Positions 12,107-24,838 of a stretch of 64,000 nt of DNA are shown here, in pieces. Each line of letters opens with the position of its first letter. The stretch's first letter is position 1. The notes under the pieces are model-generated. The model was not told the DNA's origin. It was given only the letters and a program-made list of their open reading frames with translations, and made no database searches. The stretch is from positions 54,996,001-55,060,000 of the forward strand of contig NC_087436.1 in the NCBI RefSeq assembly GCF_036321535.1, in the 5' to 3' direction. Both the position numbers and the translations under genes were made by a program. The DNA comes from Camelus dromedarius. Taxonomy: Eukaryota.

Positions 12107-14934
12107 GTGCTGGATATTTCTAACTGAATAATTTGGAGGGTTTCTGTGGAATAAAGTGATTTTATAACTTTTTAAAGAGTTGACAATAAGAAAATTTTTC
12201 TCTGGATAAATTTTGAAAGGGCAATGAGAGCTTATAAAGTTGTACTGATTATATTTCATTTAGTCATGGTTTGTTCAACCTACCAGTTAACATGTGTGTG
12301 TTTACTATTTTTTAGGATTCAATTGTAAAAGTCTGTGAAGGATTCAAGTATTAAAAGAGCATAAGGATTTGACATTTTGGTAACTTATATCATGAAAATA
12401 ATCATTTTCTTATATAGAATGATTATTGTGAAAAGAATTAAATTTTTAATGTGTATAACACAAAGTTAATCTCATTTTAGGTTGGATGAATTTTGATAAA
12501 GAATAATAACAAACTTTTTGCTGGAGGAATTGGCTGTAGAACTTTGTTTTTCCTATTAGGTGTCTAGAAAATATGTTTCCAGTTATACTAGAAACTGATG
12601 ACACCATAATCAGAGGAACACAATGTATAAAATAAATCGCACACTATTCACACTGATAGTTCTGCCACTGTTTCTTGAGGAATGAGTTTTCCAATGGCAG
12701 ACTCTTTGGGCATCTTCTTCTGATATGTGTGTTTCTATTCACCATTTCCTTGGCTTCTCTGTGCTTTGATATAGCCATTTTCAGGCAAGTCAGCTTGTCT
12801 TAGATTTGATATATAGCTCAAAAATATACTGTCAAGAATAATAGGTTGTTTCAGGGTGACAGAAGGGATGGTCCATGGCATAGGACTCTAATAGTTCATT
12901 GGAAAATGCAGGCTCAGAAAGGACCAATTTGATGGAATTTAAATGCATCATAAGGTTTTAAATCATTTTAGTTGCTTAGATAAATCAGCACAATTTGCAA
13001 ACAGGTACTGCATCTAAATAAGATATTTGTTAAGCAAACAAAAAGGCAACAAAAAAGTAATGTGCTTGGAGTTAATACATATTGTATATTGAGAATATAT
13101 AAGATTATTATTTCATTGTGTGATATGGTAGTAGGCCTTTTGAGATTATTATACTCAGAACTTATACATTTATTTAAATTTATTTTCAACACATTAATAG
13201 CAATTAGAGAAAATAATGTTTTAAGTGAGGAGTTCCCTGAAATCTTGTAGATATACTAAATTTATGGGTTTAGATGTCCAAATTAGCCATCCTTAATATG
13301 TGCTTTAAAAATATAAGTCTTGAATACTCAATGATTCCTTCATTCCTCTGTTCTCATTCCTGAATGAGGATGAATTTGCGCTGCCATTATCAAGCATGAA
13401 ATAGGAAAAATTTAGATTAGATTTTTTTTTTTAAGGGTAGAACTATCCTTTTAGATGTCTACACACAGTGGAAACAGATGCTTCTCTATTTTCCATCATG
13501 TCCAGCCATGGTGCCCCTGTCAAAATGATGTTAAACATTTGTTGTATTTACATTATAACCACCACTCCCTTTTAAAACCAGGCATTATAAGCTCTTACCT
13601 ATCCCTTGGCATATACGTTAAGTCAAGCCTTTCCAAGGCTCCAAGTCTTCCAACTGGGGCTGTTTCAATTCCAAGATTAAGAATTGCAGAAATGTGATTA
13701 CACAGGTATCTTGTGCTGGTTAAAGGGCCACTGTGATGCGTTTTAGGCCTAAATTCCATTCTTTGTTATACAAGTATAATAATTATACAGCAGTAAATTA
13801 AACTTAAAAAAGCAATTTATATAAAAAAGTATGGAAATATAATTTTCCCATTTAAAGGAATGCCAAGGGCATTTTTTTCCCTACTGTCAAGTGATGATTA
13901 ACTACATTTAATGAAGATATGGTATATATGTTACAAGAATCTTACAAGAACTTAGGGGAAAAGACTTTAATGCTCTTAGAGACCAACATGTATTAAGCTT
14001 GTAGTGCACTTTCTTCAATTTTCCTTCTCAGAAAATAATAGTAAATTTTTTGGATCCAAGAAATGAGAAAAAAATTTTCTGCTTGTTTTCCTGCAGGAGA
14101 GAACCCAAAATGCCTCTCCTGTGGTAGTCTCAGAGAGCTCTCCTTTTATGAGAGACACTTTCTATTTATAAAACAGTCAACAGTGGAAGTAGCAAATCAT
14201 GATTAGCTTAAAAAAAAAAGAAAGGTAAAATGGTTGACTTACAATATCCCAATTTCTAACTGCTTGGAACACAGTATTCATGTTCACAGCTAAAAGGAAT
14301 CATCAATTCATCAAATATAAAAATTAGCAGTAATGATTTTACTTTCATCCTAGATAACTGAATCAGTAGCTCCACTTAATTCAATTGGTATTTCACAATC
14401 CTCGCAAAATAGTTTTGAGTCCCAGGTCTGCTATAAAATTCAAAATATTGCCTTATTGTCCTAGAATTTGTTTTCCTTCTGCAATTACAGGATAAAACAT
14501 GACTAAGTTGGTAAAGATTTAATACTCTGATACTCTTATTTTGTAGATAAGTGAGGTGAATTAAGTGAGAGTTCATGGTTAGATACTAGAAATATGTATG
14601 TTTTCTTTAGCTTTGTTTTTCAAATTATGATAGTAAAAGAATGTCATTTTTCCAACACTGGCTTACCTCCAGTACAGCATCTATCTCTGTGTAACATTTC
14701 TGCCATTTGTCCCTGATTTTTGATTCATCATGATACTGAGAAAACATTCTACTTAAATGTTTCTAGAAATAAGGGCACTTGGTTGCTGACCTTATTTGAA
14801 GTGAATGAAAAACAGGGTGATACCAAGAGGATTCTTTTTCCACCTTGGGCGGTACTCATTTTGTGACCTTGGGAAAGCCTTCTCATTTCTCTATGCTTCA
14901 GATTTACTAAATCATGTTATTAATTGTCTTAGTG

Positions 14935-15135
14935 TTTAACATTTGTTAAATATTAAATGTGTGCCATTTTATATTTTAGATGTATTACATACTCCACTAT
15001 AGGCAAAATAATCTTACAAATTAGGAGTCAAACTCCTCATTTTACAGATGAAGTAGCTAAAAGTCCAGGAAGGTAAATGGCTTGCTGAGGTCAAACACCA
15101 AACAAGAAGCAGGCTCAAGAAGCAGGATACAAATC
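14935..15135 (-). mobile_element. MIR SINE
   Basis: 'ctcattttacagatgaagtagctaaaagtccaggaaggtaaatggcttgctgaggtca' is the MIR core in reverse. Confidence 0.75.
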
Positions 15136-17021
15136 AAAAAAATACATTGCTATGATTTATGCCTTAGAGTGTTCTGCCTGTGTTCTCCTTTAGGAGTTTT
15201 ATGGTTTCAGCTCTTACATTTAGGTCTTTTTTTTTTATTTATTTGTGTATATGGGGAAAGAAAATGTTCTAATCTCATTCTTTTAACTGTAGCTGACCAT
15301 GTTTTCGTAGCACCACTTATTGTTGAGACTAAGTTTTCTCCATTGTATATTCTTTGCTGCTTTGTTGCAGATTAACTGACCATAAATGTGTGGGTTTATT
15401 TTTGAGCTTTCTATTCTGTTCCATTGATCGATGTGTCTGTTTTTGTACAAGCACCATACTATTTTTGATTATAGTAACTTTGTAGTATAGTCTGAGATCA
15501 ACTTTTTTTTTTCCCCCTCAAGATTACTTTGGCAATTCAGGCTCATTTGTGATTTCATATAAATTTTAGGATTATTTGTTCTAGTTCTGAGAAAAATGTC
15601 ATGGGTGTTTTGATAGAGATTGTAGTAAATCTGTAGATTACTATGAGTAGTATGGACATATTAATAATATTAATTCTTCCAATCCAAAACATAGGATATC
15701 TTTCCATTTCTTTGTATCATTCTCAAATTCCTACATCAGTCTTTTATAGTCTTTTACCTCCTTGGTTAAGTTATTCCTAGGTATTATATTCTTTTTGATG
15801 TGATAGTAAATAGGTTTGTTACCTTAATTTCTCTTTCTAATACTTTATTATTAGTGTATAGAAAAACAACAGATTTCTGTATATTAATCTTGTATCCTGA
15901 AACTTTATTGAATTCATTTATTAGTTCTAATAGGTTTTTTTTTTTTTTTTGGTGGAGATAAATTTAGTGTTTTCTATATATAGTATCATGTTATCTGCAA
16001 ATTATGTCAGTTTTACTTCTTTCCTTCCAATTTGAATGCCTTTTATTTCTTTTTATTGTCTGATTGTTGTGGATGGGACTTCAAATTGAAGTGGCGAGAG
16101 TGGGCATCCTTGTCTTGTTCCTAATTTAGAGAAAGAGCTTTTAGCTTTTCGCCATTGGGCGTGATGTTAACTGTGGGTTTGTCATAAATGGCTTTTATTA
16201 TGTTGAGATATGTTTTGTTTATACCCACATTGATGAGCATTTTTATCATGAATGGATGTTGAATTTCGTCAGATGCCTTTTCTGTGTCTATTGAGATGAT
16301 TATGTAATTTTAGCCTTTCTTTTGTTAATGTAGTGTATCACACTGATTGTTTTGTAAATTTTGAACTATCTTTGCATCTCCAGAATATAACCCACTTGAT
16401 AATGGTGTATGATAGATTTTATATATTGTTGGATTCAATTTACTAATATTTTGTTAGGATTTTTGCATCTATATTCATCAGAAATATTGTTTTGTAATTT
16501 TCCTTTTTGTAGTGTCTTTGTCTGATTTTAGTATCAGAGTAATGGTGGCCTCATAGAATGAATTTGGGAGTGCTCCATCCTCTTTGATTTTTTGAAATAG
16601 TTTGAGAAGATAGGTAGTAATCCTTTTTCATATGTTTTGTGGAATTCTCCTATGAATTGGTCCAGTCCTGGACTTTTGTTTGCTGGGAGGTTTTTGTTTT
16701 GTTTTGTTTTAAATTACAAATTCAAATTCACTATGAATGTTACGTCTGTTCAGATTCTCTGTTTTCTTCCTGGTTCAGTCTTGGGAGGTTGTGTTTTTCT
16801 AGAAATGTGTGTATTTCTTCATGGTTGTCCAATTTGTTGACATATAAGCTGTTATTAGCATTCTTTTATGATTTTTTGCATCTGTGTTGTTATTTCTTCT
16901 CTTTAAATTCTTATTTTGTTTATTGGGATTCTCTCTCTTTTCTTCCTGATAAGCCTGGCTAAAGATTTAACAGTTTTGCTTAACTTTCCACAGAATCAGC
17001 TCTTGGTTACAGTGATCTTTT

Positions 17022-17069
<48 letters not shown>

Positions 17070-19665
17070 TGAGGGGGGTGTCTCTATTTTATATTTCCTC
17101 TCTGATCTTTATTATTTCCTTCCTTCTGCTTAATTTGGGATTTGTTTTTTCTTCTTTTTCTAATTCCTTTAGGTAGAAGTTTAGATTATTTGAGATTTTT
17201 CTTGTTTCTTAAGGTAGACCTGTATTTCTATAAACTTCCCTCTTAGAACTACTCTTACTGTGCCCCATAGATTTTGGAAAGTTGTGTTTCCATTTTCATT
17301 TGTCTCCAGGAATTTTCTGATTTCCTCTCTGATATTTTCAGTGAACCATTGGTTTTTTTAGTAGCATGTTTTTTAGTCTCCATGTTTTTGTGCTTTTCCC
17401 ATTTTTCTTTCTGTAATTGATTTCTAGTTTCATTTTGTTATGGTTGGAAAAAATGCTTGGTATAATTTATATCTTCTTAAATTTGTTGAACCTTTTTTTG
17501 TGGCCCAGCATGTTATCTATGCTGGAGGATGTTCTATGTGTTTTTTGTGGCCTAGCATGTTATCTATGCTGGAGAAAAGAGGGTATATTCTGCTCTTTTT
17601 GGATGGAATTTCCGATATAAACTATTAAGTCCAATTGATCTATTGTGTCATTTAGGACCCCTATTGCCTTATTGATTTTCTGTCTGGATAATCTGTCTAT
17701 TGATGTCAGTGGGTGTTAAAGTCTCCTACTATTATTGTATTATTGTCAGTTTCTCCCTTTATGTCTAATAATATTTGCTATATGTACTTAGGTGCTCCAG
17801 CATTGGGTACATATATGTTAATGAGTAGAATAGTCTCTTCTCATATTGATCCTTTTATCATTATATAATGCCCTTCTTTGTCTATTATTATAGACTTTGT
17901 TCTAAAGTCTGTTTTGTGGGATATGAGCAAATTGCTACCCCCACTTTCTTGTTTTCATTTGTATAAAATGTGTTTTTCCATCCTCTTACTTTCAGTCTTT
18001 GTTTGTCTTTAGCTTGGAATTTGGCCTCTTGTAAACAGCATATAGATGGGTCTCATTTTTTTTATTTTTTTTATTTTATCTAATTACTCATCCTATGTTT
18101 TTTGATTGGAACATTTAGTCCATTAACATTTAAAGTCATTACAGGTATATAGTTATTGCCATTTTATTACCTGTTTTCTGGTTGTTTTTGTAGTTCTTCC
18201 CTGTTCTTTACTTCTTTTGGTTTCTTCCCTTGTATTTTGATGATTTTTTTCAGTAGTATGCTTGTGTCCTTCTCTCTTATTTTGTCATTACCATGGGGTT
18301 CATATATGATGACCTATGACCATATCTGTTTTATACAAGTAGTACTTTAAGTTCAAACACATCCTAAAAGATTTACGTTTTTATTTCCTTCCCCCACACT
18401 TTGTTTTTTTGAAGTCATATTTTACATCTTCATCTTTATCCTTTTACTGATTATTATAGTTATACTTAATTTTACATTTTTTTTGTCTTTTAATCTTCAT
18501 ACCAGCTTATGTAAGTGGTTGATCTTCAACGTTTACTATATACTTGACTTTACTAGTGGAATTTTTCCTTTCCTGTAGGTACTTGCTTCTTCTTATGGCC
18601 TTTTCTTTTTCACTTAGAGAATACTCTTGAACGTTTCCTTTTGTGTAGGTTTAGTATTGATGAAATCTTTTAGTTTTTGTTTATTTGAGAAGTTCTTTAT
18701 CTCTCCTTCAATTGTAAATGATAATCTTGCTAGGTAGAGTATCCTTGTAGGTTTTTCCCTTTCAGCACTTTAACTATATCATACCACTCCCTTCTGGCCT
18801 ACAAAGCTTCTGCATAAAAACCAGCTAATTACCTTATGGAGGGTCCATTGTTTGTCACTCTTTGTTTTTTCCCTGTGTTGCCTTTATAATTCTCTCTTTA
18901 TATGTAACTTTTGTCATTTGAACTATGATATGTCTTGGTGACTCTATTTGGGTTCATCTTATTTGGGACCCTCTTTGCTTTCTATTTCTGAATGTCTGTT
19001 TCCTTCTTCAGGCTGAGAATGTTTCAGTCATAATTTTATTAAATACATTTTCAACCCTCTTCTCTTTCTCTGTCTTCTGAGACCTCTATAATGCAAATTT
19101 TGGTGCACCTGATGTTATCCCAAAGATACCTTAAACTGTTTTCATTTGTTTTAAACTTGTTTTTATTTTTACTGTTCTGATTGAATGATTTCCATTATTC
19201 TGTCTTCCAGATCACTTATGCATTCTTCTGTATCACCTAGCTTGCTGTTCATTCCTTCTAATGTGTTTTTAATTTTAGTTATTGTATTCTTCAGTTATAG
19301 CTTTTTAAAATATTTTCTAATTCCTTGTAAAAATTCTCATGATGTTCATCTATTCTTTTGCCCAATTCAGTTAGCATTCTTTTTACCAATGCTTTGTATT
19401 CTTTAGCCAGTTGTTTATTTCTGTTTCATTAGTTGTTTTTTTCAGGGTTTTTTTTGTTGCTGTTTCAATTGAGCCAAATTCCTGTCTTCTCATTTTGCAT
19501 GTCTTTCTTTGTCTCTATTAAAGGTCAAATAGTTATCTATGTTTGTGTTGAAGTGGTGTCCTTACATAGGAGCATTCCTGTATAGTCTGCATATACTCAG
19601 TGGCTTTGGTTGGAGAGCTGATTTTGATGTGAACACAAGTCACATTTTTCCGTGGGATATGCTGA
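15136..19665 (-). mobile_element. LINE-1 (L1M-type): part of the 5' region, ORF1 and about 3 kb of ORF2; 3' end missing; ORFs disrupted
   Basis: ORF2 start near 18162 reads MAITIYL..TLNVNGLN on the minus strand; typical antisense L1 tracts such as 'gagagtgggcatccttgtcttgttcct' and 'aatggatgttgaattt'. Confidence 0.92.
17026..17071. repeat. (TG)n microsatellite inside L1
   Basis: About 18 perfect TG units plus an imperfect tail. Confidence 0.97.
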
Positions 19666-19679
19666 CATATACCTCATGA

Positions 19680-19870
19680 AGGCATTGTGGCATGTGAAAC
19701 GTGTTCTGGATATAGATCACAGTTCAAGCCTCATCTCAGCTCCACCTGATAACTTCATCATCATCTTCAGGGCATCTCTCAAGCCTTAATGTCCCTGTAG
19801 GAAGATCCTTGCCCACCCAGCACATGTGTTTATGAAGATCCAGTGTTTAGGATATATGTGAAAGTGTAAC
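19680..19870 (+). mobile_element. MIR SINE, degraded
   Basis: tRNA-like head '...gttcaagcctcatctcagctccac' and tail 'tgtttatgaagatccag...atatgtgaaagtg'. Confidence 0.5.
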
Positions 19871-20859
19871 CTAAACAAAAAGTGAAAGTGAGTAATAAAC
19901 AATTTAAAGTTTAAACTGTTGGTGACTCTTAGGAAAAAATGGTGGTGCACATTAAGTGTTACACTGTAAGGATTATGTAAACCAATGAATTCCTTGCATC
20001 TAATGAGTAAGGATAATTTTTCTTTACAAGTAGCACATTAATTAACTACATAGACATTTTTCTCACCGTGAAAAAAAGTTTTGCTCTTGGCTGAAAGCAA
20101 CTGTTAATAAAAATCCCTTCTATTCTCATGATGACACAGGGGTCAAGATTATAGAATCTTGAATTCTGATCAAGAGAGATTGTACAAAACTGCAGTACCT
20201 TGCAAATAAAGCAACTAGTCATTTCCTAGGTTGTATCCTGTGTAATAAAGGATAAGCATCTGTAGCCAGCATTTTAAAGAGAAAATGCTGAAGGATAGAA
20301 AAATCTTTTTTAAATTCCAGTACTGCAGAGCAGTTATTGAAGAAGAAGGGATTAAGGAATCCCATCTCAGAAATTGGTATTAAAATTTCTAACAATGCAT
20401 TGAATGCACAGGGGAGTTTTTCTGGACAACATAGGATTCAACAGTGAAAGATGAGAATATAAATGAAACCAGAAGAGAGGTATACTCAGAGACTTCTGGC
20501 TAAAATGTGGTGCTAACTCAAGAATGGGGAATAGAAAATCAGTATAACTGCCAAATTAAATACTATTTATAGCTTGTTAAATATATATTTATGTTTGAGT
20601 TAATAATTGTCTAGTAAACAATGTGTAGTTTCTTCCACAATGTGGCGTCAGTTATAACTGACAATTTATAAGGTCCTGGATTGAAAGAAAATCAAATGCT
20701 ATTAAAATAATCATATATATTGGGTGTGACTCAATAAATAATTTCAGTCAAGAGTCTGGTACTCATATCTATTTGCAGTAAGTCTCATTACGGAATGATA
20801 ATTTAATTACTTATTCTATGTCTTATACTAAGAAAGTACTTTAAAAATTGTTATTATTG

Positions 20860-21070
20860 ATCACACACAATTATAGAGCATGTAAGTTATCCTCATTTAA
20901 TCCTCGCAGCATCTCTTGTTTGGGGAGAGAGTTTCAATTATTCAAGCCATTTTCTGAGGAGGAAGGGGAGAGTTTGTGTGATTCTATCTCTTGCCCAAGC
21001 ACATGTGACTAACAAGAAGTACACACGGGATGTGAAACAGGCATTCTGACTCCAGAATGTGAGCTTTGAA
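20860..21070 (-). mobile_element. MIR SINE
   Basis: 'ctcatttaatcctc', 'cttgcccaag', 'tctgactccaga' in reverse MIR order. Confidence 0.65.
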
Positions 21071-22664
21071 ACTGCATGGCTGGATTCCTTACTAATCCTC
21101 ATCTCGCAATTGGGAAAGAATAAGTGCAGTTTTTTTAAATGCACATAGAGTTCTGGGCAGAGTGCCAGGGCTTTAGTTCACGGCAGTGCCTACATTCTCC
21201 TTATCCAGACAGTTTTCTTTCTGCAGAGCTATTGATGATAGAGAACATTGTCTTTGGTTTTATTGCAGATGATCATTGAATAAGATATTGTCAGATATAG
21301 ACTTGTGCTTTATCACTAAATGAAAATGATTGCAGCCCCAGCAGTCAAGTACATGAACTCTGTTTCTGAGTTCTGTCATCTATCAGGTCAAGTAGTGGCT
21401 TTTCAGTTTCTTTAGGATTTCTGGAAGACTAGGCCAGGAAATGCACATTTTTACTGATATCAATCAATAGATGACTGGCAGGTGGAAACATCCTGAATGT
21501 GAGTATGTGTGTGTTTGAGTGTGTACCTGTGCTTCTGTCTTTTTGTTCATATATGACTTCCATAATTATGTATCTTTTCTGAAATTTGAAATAATTGAGA
21601 TTTACATCAGGCCACACTTTTCATTACTAACTCTGTCTCTTCCTAAGGCTATTTAATTCCCCAAGCAAAGACTGCCAAGAAAAAGCTTAAATTTATGTAA
21701 TTTAAACATACTAATTGTTTTCCTTAGAAGCATGTTGATTTGTCCAGTGAACATAAAGACACAGGTGGATAAGTTTTAAGATACTGATACACTTTTAGGA
21801 TGGAAGTGAATTCCTCAAGGGCCATTCATTCATTAAGAAATATTGTTAGAAGCTAAGGCCTCAGTCTTAGACCCTGTCTGTTTCTCTTTCTATAAGGCAG
21901 ACACCTGTCATTTATCCTCAGCAGCTTTCACATATTGCCTGTCCAGAAATTCTCCACCATACATAGCTATACATTGGAGTCTGGATCTCCTGTATTAGCC
22001 ACCTTACTCCTCCTACAAGATAGACACTCCAACCCCCTCATATGGCTCCCAAAGCCAAGTAAAGAGGCCCTTTTCTTTTTGAGGAATTTGTCATTTTAGA
22101 CACATGAAAGGCATGAAATTGATAGAAGAGACTAGGGTGTTTCTCACCACAGATGTGGAGAGAAGTAAGCATAGCAAAAGTTACTCTTAGTCAGGTAGGT
22201 GCTTGTAATATTAACAATATTATGCTGAGTGTTATATAAAATTCTAATTTTTAATTTAAAACCTTCTCACACCAGATTTATTCATGCCTTTTTGTCAACC
22301 TGTTCTCAAATTCAGTTTGCTAAATGACAACCACCCCAACCACTGGTCTCTATTGATTATCCTGCTGTGTTTTCTTCACAGCACATGTCACAATCTGAAT
22401 ATACCTTGTCTGTCTGTTCATTGTTTCTCTCTCTTGGGCAGGATGACTGGACTAAGAGTCAAAAACTGTTTACATTATGAGGCAGTTTTATTCATTTAGC
22501 AAGTTATCTGGCATACTAAGCCTCTGTTTGCACACCTGCAATGTTGGACTAATAATAACGTAACAATTGTTGCATTGTTAAAAATAATAATATGCATAAA
22601 GCTGCACACATTGGCCAGCATACACTGAAGATCATTTCTCACTTCTCTACATTTTCATTGTAGT

Positions 22665-22985
22665 GATCAAATCCAGAACACTATCATTTATTTTCTAAAC
22701 CTCTGAAGTAGCCATCTGTCACTTTTCCCTTCTTCTTCCTCCTGTTTTCTTAGAAGATATGTTTCTAAACAAATAAAATCATATTCTGTCCCAGCTTAAG
22801 GCACTGTTTTCACACTTGGAATGACATGCAAACTCCTTAAAATGGCCTAGATGACCCAGCATGATCTGGCTCTTTATTGCCTACCTTTTAGGACCTCATT
22901 TTTTGCCATTCTCTCCCTCTCACAATGTCCTCTTTTCTTCTTAAATATAACAAACTCTTGTCCCGTATTTTTACTGCTTTATTGC
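22665..22985 (+). mobile_element. LINE-2 fragment
   Basis: 'caaactccttaaaatggcctagatgacccagcatgatctggctc' matches the L2 3' region. Confidence 0.65.
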
Positions 22986-22994
22986 TTAGTGTTT

Positions 22995-23525
22995 AAGGAA
23001 ATACGGAAATTGAACAGAAAAATTTATTAAAAAATGAAGCATATACTGTGAAAAAGAATTGAATTTCTAGAAATAAATATTTAACAATGGATGAATCAAG
23101 CAGAGTAGATGCCAGGAGAGCAACAATAAGTGAATTGGAAGAAATACCTGAGAAATATAACATGAAAAGGAAAAGAGATGGAAAATATGAAAGCACAGTT
23201 GAAGTACATCACAGAGAATGAGAAGCTCCCAAATAGTTCTCATAGAACATTTGAAAAGTAGTAGGGAGAGTAGCAGTGCATCAGTATTTCAAGAGGCAAT
23301 GAAACACAGTTTTCTGGATTGGAGAAGCATATAAAACCCTGATCCAGATGAATAAAAACAAATCCACATTTCTACATGTTTCAATGAAACTACAGAATCT
23401 AGGGGAAAAAATAATAAAGTCACCAGAGAAAATAAATGGATTACATTCAACAATCAAGAGTTAGACAGAAAGAAATTATTTAATTTCCAACAGCAGATAC
23501 CAGAAGACAATGGAGTGATCATTCC
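22995..23525 (+). mobile_element. Ancient L1 ORF1-like or HAL1 fragment
   Basis: A-rich 'ataagtgaattggaaga', 'gaataaaaacaaatccaca...tgaaactacagaa', 'agataccagaagacaatggag' typical of L1M/HAL1 ORF1. Confidence 0.65.
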
Positions 23526-23619
23526 TGAGTGATATATATATATACACAGGATTTTATTGAAAGAACTAAGGATTTATTTCCATCTACTGAGAGCAAGGAA
23601 CTTACACACACACACACAG

Positions 23620-24425
23620 ACTAATAATATTCCATTGTATCACTGTACCACAGCTTGTTTATCCATTTACCTACTGAAAGATATCTTTGTTGCTTCCAAG
23701 TTTTGGTAATTCTTAATAAAGTTGTTGTAAATATTTGTGTGCAGGTTTTTGTGTGAGTTTTCAACTCATTTGGGTAAATTGCAAGGAATGTGCCTGTTGG
23801 TCATTTAGTAAGATTGTGTTTAGCTTTGTAAGAAATTTCCAAACTGTCTTCAGAGTTGCTATACAAGTTTTGCATGCCCAATAGCAATGAATAAGAGATT
23901 CTGTTGCTCCACATTCTCACCAGCATTTGATGTTTTTATTTTATTTTTTAATTTTAGCCATTCTAATAGGTATATAGTGATAACTTATTTTAATTTGAAA
24001 TTCTCAGTGATATATAATGTTAACCATCTTTTCATATGCTTATTTGTCATCTGTCTTCTTTAGTGAGTTATCTGTTCAGATCTTTTACCCACACTTTATT
24101 TGGGTTGTTTGTTTCCTTATTGTTGATTTTTAAGGTTGGGTTTTTTTGTTGTTGTTGTTGTTATTTGATTCTTTAATAGTGTATTTTGAAGAGCAGAAGT
24201 TTATTTTAGGTAATGGAATCCACCTTGTCGATATTGTTTTCATGGATAATGCTTTTGTTGTTGTTTTCTGAGAAGTCATTACCAAACCAAAGCTCACCTA
24301 GATTTTTGCCAATATTGTCTCCTAGAAGTTTTACAGTTTTTCATTTTACTTTTAGATTTCTGACCCATTTTGAGTTAATTTTTGTGAAAGGTTTAGGGTG
24401 AGAGTCTAGATTTGTTTTTTACTTT
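23620..24425 (-). mobile_element. LINE-1 3' fragment (L1MC/MD-like)
   Basis: 'gtttatccatttacctactgaaagatatctttgttgcttccaagttttgg...ctgttgctccacattctcaccagcatttg'. Confidence 0.85.
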
Positions 24426-24572
24426 TAGATTTTTTAAAATTTGTGCTTCAACAAAATATACTGTTTTATTGATTCAAGATTTCTTTATTCCTGTTAGAGA
24501 GAGTTACACATACTGAATTGTTTTGGTTAATTGTATTAGGTTTCCATTGAAGCCATTTCATAAATTAAATGT

Positions 24573-24838
24573 TGTATTAGTTGGCTCAGGCTGCCATAAC
24601 AATATATCATAGAGTGGGTGGCTTAAAAAATGGAATTTTTTTTTCACGGTTCTGTAGGCTGGGAAATCCAAAATCAAGTTTCCAGCAGGGCTTGGTTTCT
24701 GATGAGAACTCTCTTCTTGGCTTCTCAGGGTATTTTCACATGACAGAGAGGTGAGTGAGAGAGAGAGAGAACCTCTCTCTTCCTCTTATAAATCTACAGT
24801 TCTGTTGGATTATGGCGTAAGCCTTCATGTTAACCTCA
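24573..24838 (-). mobile_element. MaLR LTR, partial (MLT1A/A0-like)
   Basis: Begins 'tgtattagttggctcaggctgccataacaatatatcatagagtgggtggcttaaa'. Confidence 0.8.

Noticed and set aside
11280..12170. Possible ancient LTR around the SINE
   Set aside because: Purine-rich and LTR-like, but I could not match termini or a family
15082..19406. Cluster of hydrophobic plus-strand ORFs
   Set aside because: They are antisense readings of A-rich L1, giving F/L/C/S-rich noise
20125..20180. C/D-box snoRNA (ATGATGA...CTGA with an internal 8-bp hairpin)
   Set aside because: C-to-D distance is too short and I see no rRNA/snRNA guide complementarity
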